Position numbers and translations under genes: made by a program. Positions 37,712-51,540 of a stretch of 64,000 bases of DNA are shown piece after piece. The notes under the pieces are model-generated. The model ran no database searches. It was not told the DNA's origin and saw nothing but the letters and a program-made list of their open reading frames with translations. This stretch comes from Octopus vulgaris. Its lineage: Eukaryota. The stretch is taken from positions 122,636,001-122,700,000 of the forward strand of contig OX597817.1 in assembly GCA_951406725.2 (NCBI GenBank), in the 5' to 3' direction. How positions within the stretch are numbered: the first letter of the stretch is position 1; each line of letters opens with the position of its first letter.

Positions 37712-38136
37712 GAAATCAGTCAACATCAATAGAAATTGTAGCTGTAATACCAGTGCCGGTGGCATGTAAGAGAACCATCCAAACGTTGCCGTTGCCAGCA
37801 CTGCCCAGACTGGCCTCCGTGCCGGTGGCCTGTAAAAAGCACCATCCGATTGTGGCCGTTGTTAGCCTCGTCTGGCCCCCGTGCTGGTGGCACGTAAAAA
37901 GCACCATCTGATCGTGGCCATTTGCCAGCCTCGTCTGGTACCTGTGCAGGTGGCATGTAAAAAGCACCCACTACACTCACGGAGTGGTTGGCGTTAGGAA
38001 GGGCGTCCAGCTGTAGAAACACTGCCAGATCAGACTGGGCCTGGCGCAGCCTTCTGGCTTCCCAGACCCCAGTTGAACCGTCCAACCCATGCTAGCATAG
38101 AAAGCGGAAGTTAAACGATGATGATGATGATGATGA

Positions 38137-38139
<3 letters not shown>
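37712..38139 (+). mobile_element. RTE LINE 3' UTR with four 62-bp units
   Basis: Units at 37753, 37819, 37881, 37944; (GAT)n tail. Confidence 0.9.
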
Positions 38140-38185
<46 letters not shown>

Positions 38186-38568
38186 GAGACATACACATGC
38201 ACAAATAATATAAACATATATATGGTAAATGAAAGATGGATGATGGAATATGAGAATTCTTATAATTAATCACAACAATTATTTTGACATATCTAGCATT
38301 GATCTCTTACAGGCGAGACACTTAGCAGCTGGTTCAAGAGAATCCAGCGGTGCAGATGTGTCTCACCAGGTGATAAATAGATATAACTCATTAAAATAAC
38401 AGTTCCGCAATGTATCTTCTCATTTAATAAGAAGGAAAGCAGCCAAATGAAGGAGATATCTTCATTCATATAGAAAATCAAAAATAAAATCACAGATGCA
38501 AAAAAGAAATGAACACGCAATACAGCAAGAAAGTATAAAAAATAACCATTAACAGATATACACAAATA

Positions 38569-38732
38569 GGCGAAGGTGTGGCTGTGTGGTAAGTAGCTTG
38601 CTTACAAACCACATAATTCCGGGTTCAGTCCCACTGCATGGCACCTTGGGCAAGTGTCTTATACTATAGCCTTGGGCCGACCAAAGCCTTGTGAGTGGAT
38701 TTGGTAGACAGAAACTGAAAAGAAGCCTGTCG

Positions 38733-38779
<47 letters not shown>

Positions 38780-39000
38780 ATATGTTTGTGTGTCTGTGTT
38801 TGTGCCCCAACATCGCTTGACAACCGATGCTCGTGTGTTTACATCCCCATAACTTAGCGGTTCGGCAAAAGAGGCCGATAGGATAAGTACTAGACTTCCA
38901 AAGAATCAGTCCTGGGGTCAGTTTGCTCGATTAAAGGCGATGCTCCAGCATGGCCACTGTCACATAACTGAAATAAGTAAAAGAGGGTAAAGAGTAAGAG
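38569..39000 (+). mobile_element. SINE family A, full length
   Basis: Complete consensus structure. Confidence 0.9.
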
Positions 39001-39471
39001 TATACATAAATACACACACATACATATATGTATGTTAAGAAGTGGGGTTATATGTTAAGAAGTTTTCTCCCTAACCACAATGGTACCTGACTCAGTTTTA
39101 CTGCATGGCACTTTGGACAAATGTGTTGTACTAGAGTCCTGTATTGACCAGGTTCATGTGAGTGGAATTGGTAGGTGAAGGGTGGAAGAAGCCTGTCATA
39201 TACACACACACACACGTGTGTTGTGTGCGTGTCTGTTTGTGCATATCTTTGTGTTTGTGCATCTGTCACCACTAGTTGAGAGACTGGTGTTGGTTTGTTT
39301 ACATTCCTGTAACTTGGTGATTCAGCAGAAAAGACTGATATAATATAAGTACTAGAATTAAGAAATTAAGCATTGGTGTTGATTTGTTTGACTAAACTGT
39401 TCAAGGCTGTCCCCCAGTAAAACCCCGGTGCATTGTCTGAAGCAAATAAGAAACAAAATTAAAAAGTAATA

Positions 39472-39707
39472 TTTATTTCTTTATTGCCCACACAGGGCTA
39501 AACATAGAGGGGATAAACAAGGACAGGTTAAGGGATTAAGCCGATTACATTGACCCCAGTGCATAACTGGTACTTATTTAATCGACCCTGAAAGGATGGA
39601 AGGCAAAGTCGACCTCAGTGGAATTTGAACTCAGAACGTAATGACAGATGAAATACTGCTAAGCGTTTCGTCTCGAGTGCTAACGTCTCTGCCAGCTCAA
39701 CGCCTTA
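39472..39707 (-). mobile_element. SINE family B with TSD
   Basis: Full head to tail; flanked by repeated aattaaaaagtaatatt. Confidence 0.88.
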
Positions 39708-39739
39708 ATTAAAAAGTAATATTCATAGATGGACAGACA

Positions 39740-41000
39740 GACAGACAGATAGACACACACTCACACACTCACACAGACACACACATACACACATTTCTTA
39801 TCTGTTTAGCCTTTATGCAGTTGTCTCAGTCATTGTAGATACATATATGTGTGTGAATGTGTGCATGTGTGTATGTGTTTGTGTCTGTGCATATTGTGTG
39901 AGCAAGTGTGTGTACAGGTGTGTGTGTGAGTGTGTGCATGTGAATGTGTGTATGTATGTATGCCTCTGTATGTTTGTGTGTGTGCGTGAATGTTTCCGTG
40001 TGTGTTTGTGTGTATGTGTGTATGCATGTGTGTGTATGTATGTGTGTGTATGTGCATGTGTGCATGTGTGTATGTGTTTGTGTGTGTGCATATTGTGTGA
40101 GCAAGTGTGTGTACAGGTGTGTGTGTGTGTGTGAGTGTGTGCATGTGAATGTGTGCATGTGTGTATGTATGTATGCCTGTGTATGTTTGTGTGTGTGTTT
40201 GTGTGTGTGTGTGAATGTTTCCGTGTGTGTTTGTGTGTATGTGTGCATGCATGTGTGTGTATGTATGTGTGCATGTATATGTGTGTGTATATGTGCATGT
40301 GTGCATGTGTGTGTTCATGTATATATGTATATATGTGTGAGTGTGTGTGTGTGCATGCACATGCACATGCATGTGTGTGTGTACATGTTTGTGTTTGTAT
40401 ACATTCATATCTTTGTGTGTATCTCTTGTTGCTTGACAGCTGCTGCTGCTGCTGGTTCAATCCTCACCCCCTTCAGCAAAAAGTTTCTGATAAAATAAGT
40501 TAAGTACACGATTTAAAAGTATTGCCTTTTGGGTCAGTTTGATTGACTAACTCTTCAGATCAATGCCCCAGCATGGCCACAATTTAATGACCAACACGAG
40601 TAAAAGAATAACAGAATAAAAGGTGTGTGTGTGTGTGAATATGTATGTATGAGTATGTACGCGAGTGTGTGTGTATGTGTATGTGTGTGTGTGAGTGTGT
40701 GTGTGAGTGTGTGTGAGTGTATGTGAGTAAATGTGTGTATGTGAGTGTGTATGTGTGTGTACGTGTGTGTGAGTGTGTGTATGTTTGTGTAAGTGCGTGT
40801 ATACGTGTGTGCGTGAGTGAATGTGTGTGAGTGAATGTGTGTGTGACTGACTGTGTGTATATGTGAGTGTGTGTGTGTAACTGTGTATGTCTGTGTGACT
40901 ATGATTGTGTGTATGTGTGTGTGCGAGTGTGTGTGCGTATATGTGTGTGTGAGTGTGTGTGTATGTGCGTGTACGTGTGTGGTGCGCATATGCGTGTACA
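39740..41000. repeat. Compound (TG)n microsatellite fields with an internal ~190-bp tandem duplication and a SINE A remnant
   Basis: catattgtgtgagcaagtgtgtgtacagg and gaatgtttccg each occur twice. Confidence 0.85.
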
Positions 41001-41333
41001 TGAATGTAGGCAATGCTGTGTAGCTAAGAATTTCATTTCACGCATATAACAATACAAGTTAAATCCTCTGCAATGTGTGCAGCAAGGGAGGAAGAAATGA
41101 AGATTTTTGGAGTGGCCATGGTTGGAATGCCTTTAACCATAAGTTGTGTCTGATCAGGTCTGAGCTGCAGCTAAACAACAACAACAGCAGCAGCAGCAGC
41201 AGCACTAACAGAGGCGGCGGTAACTGCTGCCATCAGTGGCAGCTGCAATATAGTGAAACGCGTGAGTGAGAAAAGCTTAGCTTTATATAATGAAGGCAGC
41301 AATGGCATTTAATGTAGCGTCGGCAATAGGAAT

Positions 41334-41367
<34 letters not shown>

Positions 41368-41659
41368 GTAGCAGAAGCACTAACAGCAGCACCAGTAGCA
41401 GCTGCAATTGAAGCAGTAGCAGCAATAGTAGTAGTAGTAGTAGTAGTAAGATTAACACTTGCAACAACAGAAGCTGCAGCAGAGCGTAAATGCAATAACA
41501 ACATCGATATCAATATGGAACTCTTAACAACAAACTACAGCCACAACAACAACAACAACAACAACAATAACAACAACAACAATAACAACAACAACAACAA
41601 CAAAAGGGCATGGCAATGATGATAACAAGAACAATATTGGCGAAATACAACAGTAATAA

Positions 41660-42228
41660 TTATTTCTTTACTACCCACAAGGGGCTAAACACAGAGGGGG
41701 ACAAACGGATTAATTCGATTATATTGATCCCCAGTGCGTAACTGGTACTTATTTAATCGACCCCCGAAAGAATGAAAGGCAAAGTCGACCTCGGCGGAAT
41801 TTGAACTCACAACGTAATGACAGACGAAATACGGCTACGCATTTCGCCCTGCGTGCTAACGTTTCTGCTAGCTCGCCGCCTTATACAACAGTAATAATAA
41901 CAGCACCACCACCACCACCACCGCTACCACTGCTACCAGTATCACCACCACAACCATCATCAGTATTATCATCATAATCATCAACATCATGAAAGTCCAG
42001 AATGGTAACAATGTTGACAACAAAATAAAACAACAGCAATGATAATAATGATAATAATGTTGATTTTAGATTTTGCCACAAGGGCAGCAATTTTTGTGGG
42101 CAGTGGATGAGTCAATCACAGTGACCCTAGTCTTCAACTGGTATTTATTTATTGACCCCCAAAAGGATGAAAGGTAAATTCGACCTCGGCAGAATTTGAA
42201 CTCAGAACATAGCAACAGGCAAAATATG

Positions 42229-42264
<36 letters not shown>

Positions 42265-42706
42265 GTTTCAAATTTTTCCACAAGAGCAGTCATTTTTGGA
42301 GAAAGGCTGTGTCGATTACATCGACCCCAGTCTTCAACTGGTACTTAATTTATTGACCCCCAAAAGGATGAAAGGCAAAGTCGACCTTGGTGGAATTTGA
42401 AATCAGAATGCAGCAAAGGTGAAATACCGCTAAGTATTTCGTCCAGTGTGCTAATGGTTCTGCCAGCTTGCTGCCTGAATAATAATAATAATCCATTCTG
42501 CTGTAGGCACAAGGCCTGAAATTTTGGGGGAGGGTGTAAGTCAATGTCGATCACATCTGCCCCAGTTTTTCACTGGTACTTAATTTATCGACCCCAAAAG
42601 GATGAAAGGTAAAGTCAACCTCAGCGGAATTTGAACTCAGAACGTAGCAGCAGACGAAATACTGCTAAGCGTTTCCCCTAGCATGCTAACAATTCTGCCA
42701 GCTTGC

Positions 42707-42710
<4 letters not shown>
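41660..42710 (-). mobile_element. Stack of SINE family B copies
   Basis: Four repeats of atgaaagg(c/t)aaa.tc.acct..g..gaatttgaa.tca, separated by (TAA)n tails and triplet repeats. Confidence 0.85.
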
Positions 42711-42768
<58 letters not shown>

Positions 42769-42785
42769 TAATAATAATAATAATG

Positions 42786-42839
<54 letters not shown>

Positions 42840-43592
42840 CTAACAGCAACTGAAATGACAAAAATAATAGTGACAACGACATCAATACCTCCACCACTAC
42901 CACTAACAGCAAGAATACCAATAAAAACAATAATCAAAACCAAAATCGTCGGCAGCAGCAACATCAATAGCAATTTTGACATCTGCTGCTGCAGCCACCT
43001 ATGACACTATCACCACTAATACCCTCACCATAACCACTACCACCACCATAACCACCAATGCTACCAACACTAGCACTGCTGCCACCTATGTCACTACCAC
43101 CACAAACACCATCACCATCACCACCGCCACCACCACCACCACCATCACTACCACCACCACCACCACCACCACCACCACCACCACCACCACCACCACCACC
43201 ATCGTCACTGCCACCACCAACACCACCATTGCTACACCTATCACTACCACAACTACCAACAACACCATCACCACCACCACCACCACAACAACTACCATCA
43301 CCATCACTACAACCATCACCACCACCACCGCTACCTCCACCACCACCACCACCGTCACTGCCACCACCAACACCACTATTGCCACCACTATCACTACCAC
43401 AACTACCAACAACACCATCACCACCACCACCACCACCACCACAACAACAACAACAACTACCATCACTATCACTACAATCATCACCACCATCACTGGCAAC
43501 AACAACTAAAGGTAATATCATCAGTAACAACACCATCAACAACTTAAGCACCACTAACCCTTGTCACCACTACTGCTACCACCACCGTTACC

Positions 43593-43628
<36 letters not shown>

Positions 43629-43690
43629 CAACATCTAAAACTGCCACACCACCAAGAACAACATGAACACTGACACCACCACCTCCACTA
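42711..43690. repeat. (TAA)n then (CAC/CAA)n trinucleotide field with ~130-bp internal duplication
   Basis: Direct reading; cgtcactgccaccaccaacacc occurs twice. Confidence 0.9.
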
Positions 43691-44269
43691 CCAGTATTAT
43701 TCTCAACAACAACTGCATACGCAACTGGAAATGTTATAGTAATATGTGACTTAAATAAGGAACCTCTGTTTCCTAGAAATAACAGTTAAATCTCTCATAA
43801 TTGACAGGCTATTGTTTTAAATAAAAAAAAAACAAAATAAAATGAACACTTTTGATGACCATTTAAAAAGAATAATAAATAGATTTTTCATGGGATGAAA
43901 ATCTTGTTGCTTACTGACAGTAACTACTAGTATAACATTGGTTGCAACTTTTGGCACCAGGGTAGATATGATGAAAGACACTTGTTCATGGTGCCATGCT
44001 GTAGGACTGAACCTGGAACCATGTGGCTGGGATACAAACTTCTTAATCAGACAACCTTATATATATATATATATATATATAATCCATGATATAACACCTT
44101 TTCTTGCACACATGCACCCCCCACACACACACATGCACGCATGCACATATACACACACATGCACACACACATACACAAGCACACACACACACATACATAT
44201 ACACACAAACATATATAGATAAAAAGATTACATATATTGAAATATATACATACATATATAGATATACCT

Positions 44270-44605
44270 AAAAGACCCCCTTCGGTCATGAATGACCATG
44301 GGATTGCACCTAGAAAGCTACCCTCCTAGACACAAGTCCGGGCAAGGTTGTTTATGGAAGACCAGCAGTCGCCCATGCATACCAGCCTCCCCTCTCCACG
44401 CCACCAGTGTTATCCAAGGGAAAGACAAAGGTTGATACAGCTTGGCACCAGTGACGTCGCAACTCATTTCTACAGCTGAGTGAACTGGAGCAACGTGAAA
44501 TAAAGTGCCTTGCTCAAGAACACAACACGCAGCCCGGTCCGGGATTCAAGCTCACAACCTCACGATCGTAAGCTCGACGCTCTAACCACTGAGCCATGCG
44601 CCTTC
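44270..44605 (-). mobile_element. tRNA-derived SINE family D, full length, young
   Basis: tggctcagtggttagagc A box, gagcttgaatccc B box, CORE-like gtgttcttgagcaaggcactt domain; older fragments at 46010-46290 and 46585-46800. Confidence 0.9.
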
Positions 44606-44617
44606 ATATATATACCT

Positions 44618-44889
44618 CATTTTCGCGGGGTTCCACTATTCCCTTCTCTCTCTCCCTCTTTTACGTTGTCTGCCATCCCCCCTCTTCTTTTCCCCCCTTC
44701 CAAAGAGCATTTTTAAGCCAGCCCGTCAGTTCAACCTTCGCATATTCCCATGTCAGGCCGAAGAACGAAATGTTCCCAAGATAAGAGTCTTTCTAATCTA
44801 ATGTTGTGGTTGAGCTGTTTATTATTTATTATTATTATTACTATTATTAGTATTAGTATTGTCCCTTTGATCCTCGGTCGAAAGTTTGC

Positions 44890-44923
<34 letters not shown>

Positions 44924-45117
44924 TTTCAGCTTCGCCTCGTATTGCATATTATTTCTCCATACAGGGGATTTTTTTCAATGGCGGCCCATTTTCGCGGGGT
45001 TCCACTATTCCCTTCTCTCTCTCCCTCTTTTACGTTGTCTGCCATCCCCCCTCTTCCTTTCCCCCCTTCCAAAGAGCATTTTTAAGCCAGCCCGTCAGTT
45101 CAACCTTCGCATATTCC
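44618..45117. repeat. 131-bp direct repeat pair (44618-44748, 44987-45117)
   Basis: One mismatch seen; 369-bp period. Confidence 0.92.
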
Positions 45118-45367
45118 TGGTGCACCCGCCCTTGCCCACCACCAATACCGGATATCTCTATATTTTTGCTCCATCTATACCGGATGTCGCTTCTCCCACC
45201 ACCATTATAGGTGTCTACTCTTCGAACCCCCTCTTCAACACGCTATTTCACCATGCATTACCCCTCTCTTGATATCCTACGTTCTACTTGCCTAGAACCT
45301 GTCATCATTTCTCTGAACCACCCCTCCCCACTGGTGCTCCCCTATATATTTCTGCACCCCCCCCCCA

Positions 45368-45615
45368 CATAAAAAGCACCATCTGAACGTGGCCGATGCC
45401 AGACCCCTCTGGCACCTGTGCAGGTGGCACGTAAAAAACACCCATTACACTCGCGGAGCGGTTGGCGTTAGGAAGGGCATCCAGCTGTAGAAACACTGCC
45501 AGACTAGACTGGAGCCTGGGGCAGTCCCTAGCTCCCCAGACCCCGGTCGAAACCGTCCAACCCGTGCTAGCGCGGAAAGCGGACGTTAAACGATGATGAT
45601 GATGATGATGATGAT
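45368..45615 (+). mobile_element. RTE LINE 3' end ((GAT)n family)
   Basis: Same 3' UTR and tail as 37712-38139. Confidence 0.88.
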
Positions 45616-47329
45616 ATATAGAGAGAGAGAACAAAGTGTACGTACGCAGCTATATATATATATAAAATACAAAATGGGATGAGGAGGATCCGGTTCTTGA
45701 CTGAGGATAAAAGCTCAAATGACCTGTCCTTGTTTTTTTTGTATCATCTATCTGGATGTTTTGGTGTCCCTTTTTGTATCACTTAGTTGTCTGGATGTTT
45801 TGCGTTCTTGTCCCATTTTGTATTTTATATATGTATATATATCCAAAGTTAGGGAATGGAGTAGATAATATCCAGGCTACATATGTTTCACAGCTAGTGA
45901 AACCTCAGAAGTAGCAATTATCCAAATGCTACTCTTCAGACCAAGGATAACTTGATTACCTGAAGTTTACTTTGCTGTTAATTGATCCTGAGTCAACTAA
46001 TAGGTGTAAAGGTCCCCTTTGGTCATGAATGACTATGGGATTGAACCTAGAAAGTTCCTTTATGAGGCACAAGCCTAAGCAAGGTTGTTTATGGAAGACC
46101 AGCAGTTGCCCATGAATACCAGTCTCCCCTCTCCATGCCACTGATGTTATCCAAGGGAAAGCAAGAGCTGATACAGATTGGCACCAGTATTACAACTCAT
46201 TTCTACAGCCAAGTGAACAGAAGCAATGGGTAATAAAATGCCTTGCTCAAGAACACAACACATATTCATTCCAGTACTGGAGGCTAGGACAATTTTCCCG
46301 AGAGCCCACGTTAATGCACAGGGGTAAAGATCTTCTTTGGTCACAAATGTTCATCAGTGCGCTGGCAAAATCGTTAGCATGCCAGGCGAAATGCATAGCT
46401 GTATTTCGTCTGTCGTTACGTTCTGAGTTCAAATTTCGCCAAGGTCGACTTTGCCTTTCATCCTTACAGGGTTGATAAATTAAGTACCAGTTACGCACTG
46501 GGGTCGATATAATTGACTTAATCTGTTTGTCTGTTCTTGTTTGTCCTCTCTGTGTTTAGTCCCTTGTAGGCAGTAAAAAATAGGTCACAAATGTTCATGG
46601 GATTGCACCTAGAAAGTTCCTTTCCAAGGCACAAACCTAAACAATGTTGTATATGGAAGACTAGCAGTCACCCATGCATACCAGCAACTGATGTTATAAA
46701 GCTTGGCACCAGTGACATTACAACTCATTTCTACAGCCGAGTAAATAGGAGCAAAGTGAAATAAAATGCCTTGCTCGAGCACACAACACACATTGATTCC
46801 AGTACAGAACACTATGACAGTTTTCCCATTCTGTGGTAGTAGGCTCCACATCTGGGATGCTACATGCAGTGACACCTCCAGTTGCAACTTGGTGTGGTCA
46901 GTTACTAGTCCAGGCTTCACTGCTCCTCAGGCTGAGAAGAGCAAACTGTCAAAGCAGTGGTCACTCTCTGACAGGTATACAGTTGGGCCTGTGGCAGTGT
47001 AAACCTCCAGCATTCTTGGATCCCAAATCATATCTGTGGACAGATGGCTGTCCACAAATGCAAGCCCCGAGTCAGAGTGACTGTTCTTGTACATCTCCTT
47101 TGCCATCCTCCGGGGCAACACCATTTCCATTTTGTCCACTGGGGTCATGAGAAATGTTTCTGAATAAAGATATGTGACTTGTATTTATGCGATTGACCCC
47201 AAAAAGATAAAAGGCAAATTCAACTTCAGCAGAATTTGAACTCAGAACCTAAAAATACAAGAAATAATGTTCATTATTGATTCTGCCAGCTCAGTGCCAA
47301 CATAACAATATCAATAATAAAAACAGTAC

Positions 47330-47712
47330 CATAGCTTGCTAACCAACCACATGGTTCCGGGTTCAGTCCCACTGCATGGCATCTTGGGCAAGTGTCTTCT
47401 GCTATAGCCCTGGGCCGACCAATGCCTTGTGAGTGGATTTGGTAGATGGAAACTGAAAGAAGCCTGTCGTATATATGTATATATATATGTGTGTGTTTGT
47501 GTGTCTGTGTTTGTCCCCCTAGCATTGCTTGACAACCGATGCTGGTGTGTTTATGTCCCCGTTACTTAGTGGTTCGGCAAAAGAAACTGATGAATAAGTA
47601 CTGGGCTTACAAAGAATAAGTCCCGGGGTCGATTTGCTCAACTAAAGGTGGTGCTCCAACATGGCCGCAGTCAAATGACTGAAAGAAGTAAAAGAGTAAA
47701 AGAGTAAAGAGT
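47330..47712 (+). mobile_element. SINE family A (5'-clipped)
   Basis: Body and (gtaaaaga)n tail. Confidence 0.9.
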
Positions 47713-48204
47713 AGCACAACCATTAACACTAGCATCAACAACATCTTCAATAACAACTACCGTTAACAACAACATCACCATCACTATCAACTACACCACC
47801 ACCACCAACAACAACAGCAACAGTAACAGCTGTAGTGTAAAGTGCTAAGCAGCAATCTCAACAACAGCAGTAATAGCTGCAACGACAGCAGCAATATCAA
47901 CAGCTGGAACCCGAATACTTGCAACAACAACAATAACCACAATAACAAAAACCATATAAGTATCCCTGACTGCATTATCACCAACAATAACATTTGCTAA
48001 AACGACAATATCCTTATCAATATCATCGTCATCATCATCATCATCATCATCATCATTCATTTTATTATCATTATTAAGGAAGAGAATTGCTTCGTGGTAT
48101 TTCATCTGTCTTTACGTTTTGAGTTCAAATTCTGCCATGGTTGACTTTGACTTTCATCCTCTTGGGGTTGATAAATTAAGTACCAGTGACACATTAGGAT
48201 AGAT

Positions 48205-48476
48205 CAGCCTCGCCTGGCCTCCGTGCCGGTGGCATGTAAAAAGCACCATCTGCTCATGGCCGTTTGCCAGCCTCGTCTGGCACCTGTGCCGGTGGCACGT
48301 AGAAAGCACCCACCACACTCATGGAGTGGTTGGCATTAGGAAGGGCATCCAGCCATAGAAACATTGCCAGATTAGATTGGGCCTGGTGCAGCCTTCTGGC
48401 TTCCCAGACCCCAGTTGCACCATCCAACCCATGCCAGCATGGAAAGCGGACGCTAAACGATGATGATGATGATGAT
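48205..48476 (+). mobile_element. RTE LINE 3' end ((GAT)n family)
   Basis: Two 62-bp units plus tail. Confidence 0.88.
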
Positions 48477-48545
48477 AATCGACTCGCCTTCTCCCTACAA
48501 AATTTTCAGGTCTTGTGCTTTTAGTAGAAAGGATTATTATTATTA

Positions 48546-48603
<58 letters not shown>

Positions 48604-48714
48604 TGTCATTATTAAGGTGGAGAGCTGGCAGAATTGTTAGCATGCCAGGCAAAATGCTTAGTGGTATTTCAACTATCTTTAAGTTCTGAGTTGAAATTCT
48701 GCCATGGTCAGCTC

Positions 48715-49047
48715 CACCTCCTCCTACTCCTTCCTCCTCCCCCTCTCCTTCCTCCTCCCCTTCTTCTTCCTTTTTTCCTCCTCCCCTTCTTCTTCCTTTT
48801 TCCTCCTCCTCTTCCTCCTCTTCTTCTTCTTTTCCCTCCTCCTCCTCCTACACATCTTCCTCTTCTTCAACTTCTTTTTCTCCATCCTCTTCTTCCTCCC
48901 CTCTTCTTCTCTTCCTTCCTCCTCCTCCCTCTTCTTCTTCTTCTTCTTCTTCTTCTTCTTCTCTTCCCTCCTCCTCCCCTTCTTCCCCTTCTTCTCTTTC
49001 CTCTCTTACTTCTCATCTCATCTTCCTCCTTCCTATCCTCCTCCCCT
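48715..49047. repeat. Polypyrimidine (CCT/CTT)n tract
   Basis: Direct reading. Confidence 0.9.
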
Positions 49048-49105
49048 CTAGATAGTAATAGAGTCAATAATATCTTCGCAAATATTTTCTCCTGAATTAT
49101 TTGCT

Positions 49106-49145
<40 letters not shown>

Positions 49146-49169
49146 AGACAAAGGGAAGAAGAGAATATT

Positions 49170-50330
49170 GATTATCCCCATGTGGTGAGTTGTAAAAATA
49201 TATATGTAATATAAAAGAAGAAAATGCACACAGTTTACATAGTTTTAATATATTTCTTAATATATTTTATAAGTGAAAGATTATTGTTTGTTGACCAGTT
49301 TTGCTTTCTCTAATCATGACTTTGAAATTATTACAATATTTTCTTAAGACGATTTTAGTCCATGTTGTGTGTCGGAGATTGTGAATGAAATGAATCAACA
49401 AGTAGAAAAATCTAAGGGAAGGTTATTGGTGATCATTATTATTTGAGACAGGGGATGTTATTGCTCATATTTTGGGGGAAGGGATAAATAAATAAAAGGC
49501 TAATGTAGTGAGAGGAAATATTTACAGTGATAGGTATGTGGACATGAATTAAAATATTTACTGAGACCAAAGTTGGCTATGCATTCATATTTAGGTGTGC
49601 TTTGTATTTTTCGATAAACAAGTTTTCTTTATTTAAATGTTCTTGTATAGAAATTGTTTCTTTGCACTGGTAGATAGGGAAAACTAAGAAGTTTAGTTGG
49701 ATATTACCTGCATGACTCTCTGTGTATTCACTCAAAGGAAACTGTCTGTACTGTGGGAAATGGAACTATTCCTTATGTAGCATTGTTCTCTGTCTAAGTG
49801 ACGTATCTGTCTGTCCTATATAGTTATGTCCACTACCTGAACAAGTTATAACATAAATTAGGTTCTTGGAAGCGCAAGTGAAGGTGGTTTTAATTGTAAA
49901 CCTCTCTCCTTGTTTAAATAAGAATTCTGACGCTTCCAACAGGTTGGGGCATGTTCCAGTTTGGGCATCCACATTCTTTAACCATTGGTTTCATGGTCGT
50001 TGTGTAAAGCTTCACTTTTGTCAGAAGTTGTTTCAGTGATTTGTGTAGCTTTTTGCATTTGATGAACTTATGTGTTTTCAGAATGTTGTTCATTTTTGGA
50101 TCCCTATTGTGCATAGGTAATTTTGGACAATAGTGTATGCCTCATTGTTTGTAGGGTTGTGAATTCATATATATGGTAGTTCTTTGAGATGTAGTGTAGT
50201 GTTATGTTTTGTTTCCCTTTGTGTTTTAATGCCTAATTTCTTGGCACACTTAATTCCATTGTCTATAAATAAGGATGGATATTGTCTCTGAGTTAGTGTT
50301 GTTTTGAGGTCTTAAAGATGGAGATCTGAT
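49170..50330 (-). mobile_element. Decayed 5'-truncated Penelope-like element (RT thumb, Cys linker, GIY-YIG)
   Basis: LKTTLTQRQYP..., KSLKQLLTK, ECGCPN/GTCPNL linker, FTCASKNLIYVITCSGSGHNYIGQTDTSLRQRTMLH; stops and frameshifts. Confidence 0.88.
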
Positions 50331-50395
50331 GGAAATACCCATACCTCTGTCTTCAAGACATCACGCACACACACACAGATACGGATAGATAGATT

Positions 50396-50431
<36 letters not shown>

Positions 50432-50576
50432 TTAGTCATCATCATTTAACGTCTGTTATCCAAGCTGATTTGACATGGTTTCTATGGCTGGATGCCCTTC
50501 CTAATGCCAACCACTATGAGAGAGTAATGGGTCATTTACATGCTACTGGCACAGGTGCCAATTGTGTGACACCAGC

Positions 50577-50608
<32 letters not shown>

Positions 50609-50644
50609 TGTCCAACCCATGCTAGCATGGAAAACGGACGTTAA

Positions 50645-50688
<44 letters not shown>

Positions 50689-51015
50689 ATATATATATAT
50701 ATATTTATTTATTTATTTATTTATTGGCTTCAAATTTTGGCACAAAGTCAACAGTTTTGGGGGAAGGGATAAGTCAATTACATCAACCCTGATACTCAAC
50801 TGGTACCTATTTTATTGATCCTGAAATGATGAAGGGCAAAGTCAACCTTGGTAGAATTTGAACTCAGAATGTAATGACAGACAAAATGCCACTGATCATT
50901 TTGTCTGGTGTGCTAACATATCTGCTCTGTAATGGCCTTGCAATATATCTATCTATCTGTCTGATTGTCTGTCTATCCATCTATCCATCCATCCATCTCT
51001 CTCTCTCTCTCTCTA

Positions 51016-51125
<110 letters not shown>

Positions 51126-51208
51126 CAAGATTCAGTTGAATTAGGTACTTGAATTGAGCCACAAAGTCAGTCCAGTATTATCTGCACAGCACAAAATAAG
51201 GTGAAATA

Positions 51209-51540
51209 AAAGTAAATAAGTAACAAGGTTGTCAAAGTATTAGTGCACTACAGCCATTTCAAGGGGCTTCATTTAATCGAACAATGCAAGCATTGCATCA
51301 ATTTGAAATATGCAGCCTTCCTTGGATGCATACGGCCATACAGGGTCCTGTATACAGGATACTCCATTATAATTTTTTATTTTTAATGGAGTATCCTGTA
51401 TGTTGGAAATTTATATGGTCTTATGCTTCCGAGGAAGACGGTGTATTTCAAATTGAGGTAAAGCTTGCATTGTTCGATTAAATAGAGCAGCCTGAAATGG
51501 CCATAGTGCACTAATACCTTGACATCCTTGTTACAGATTT

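Noticed and set aside
42964-43627. Long Thr/Pro/Gly-rich ORFs resembling mucin, extensin or formin
   Set aside because: Open in several frames because (CAC)n lacks stops; no splice signals or domain context.
46810-47150. GC-richer segment with 73-105 aa ORFs
   Set aside because: Probably a decayed LINE 5' region (LHVAS..GK resembles an APE start); too eroded to call and not a credible host gene.
49285-49410. Hammerhead in the 3' end of the second PLE (similar remnant near 37450)
   Set aside because: Only a decayed GAAACCGG(TC)-like half is visible; no CTGANGA found.
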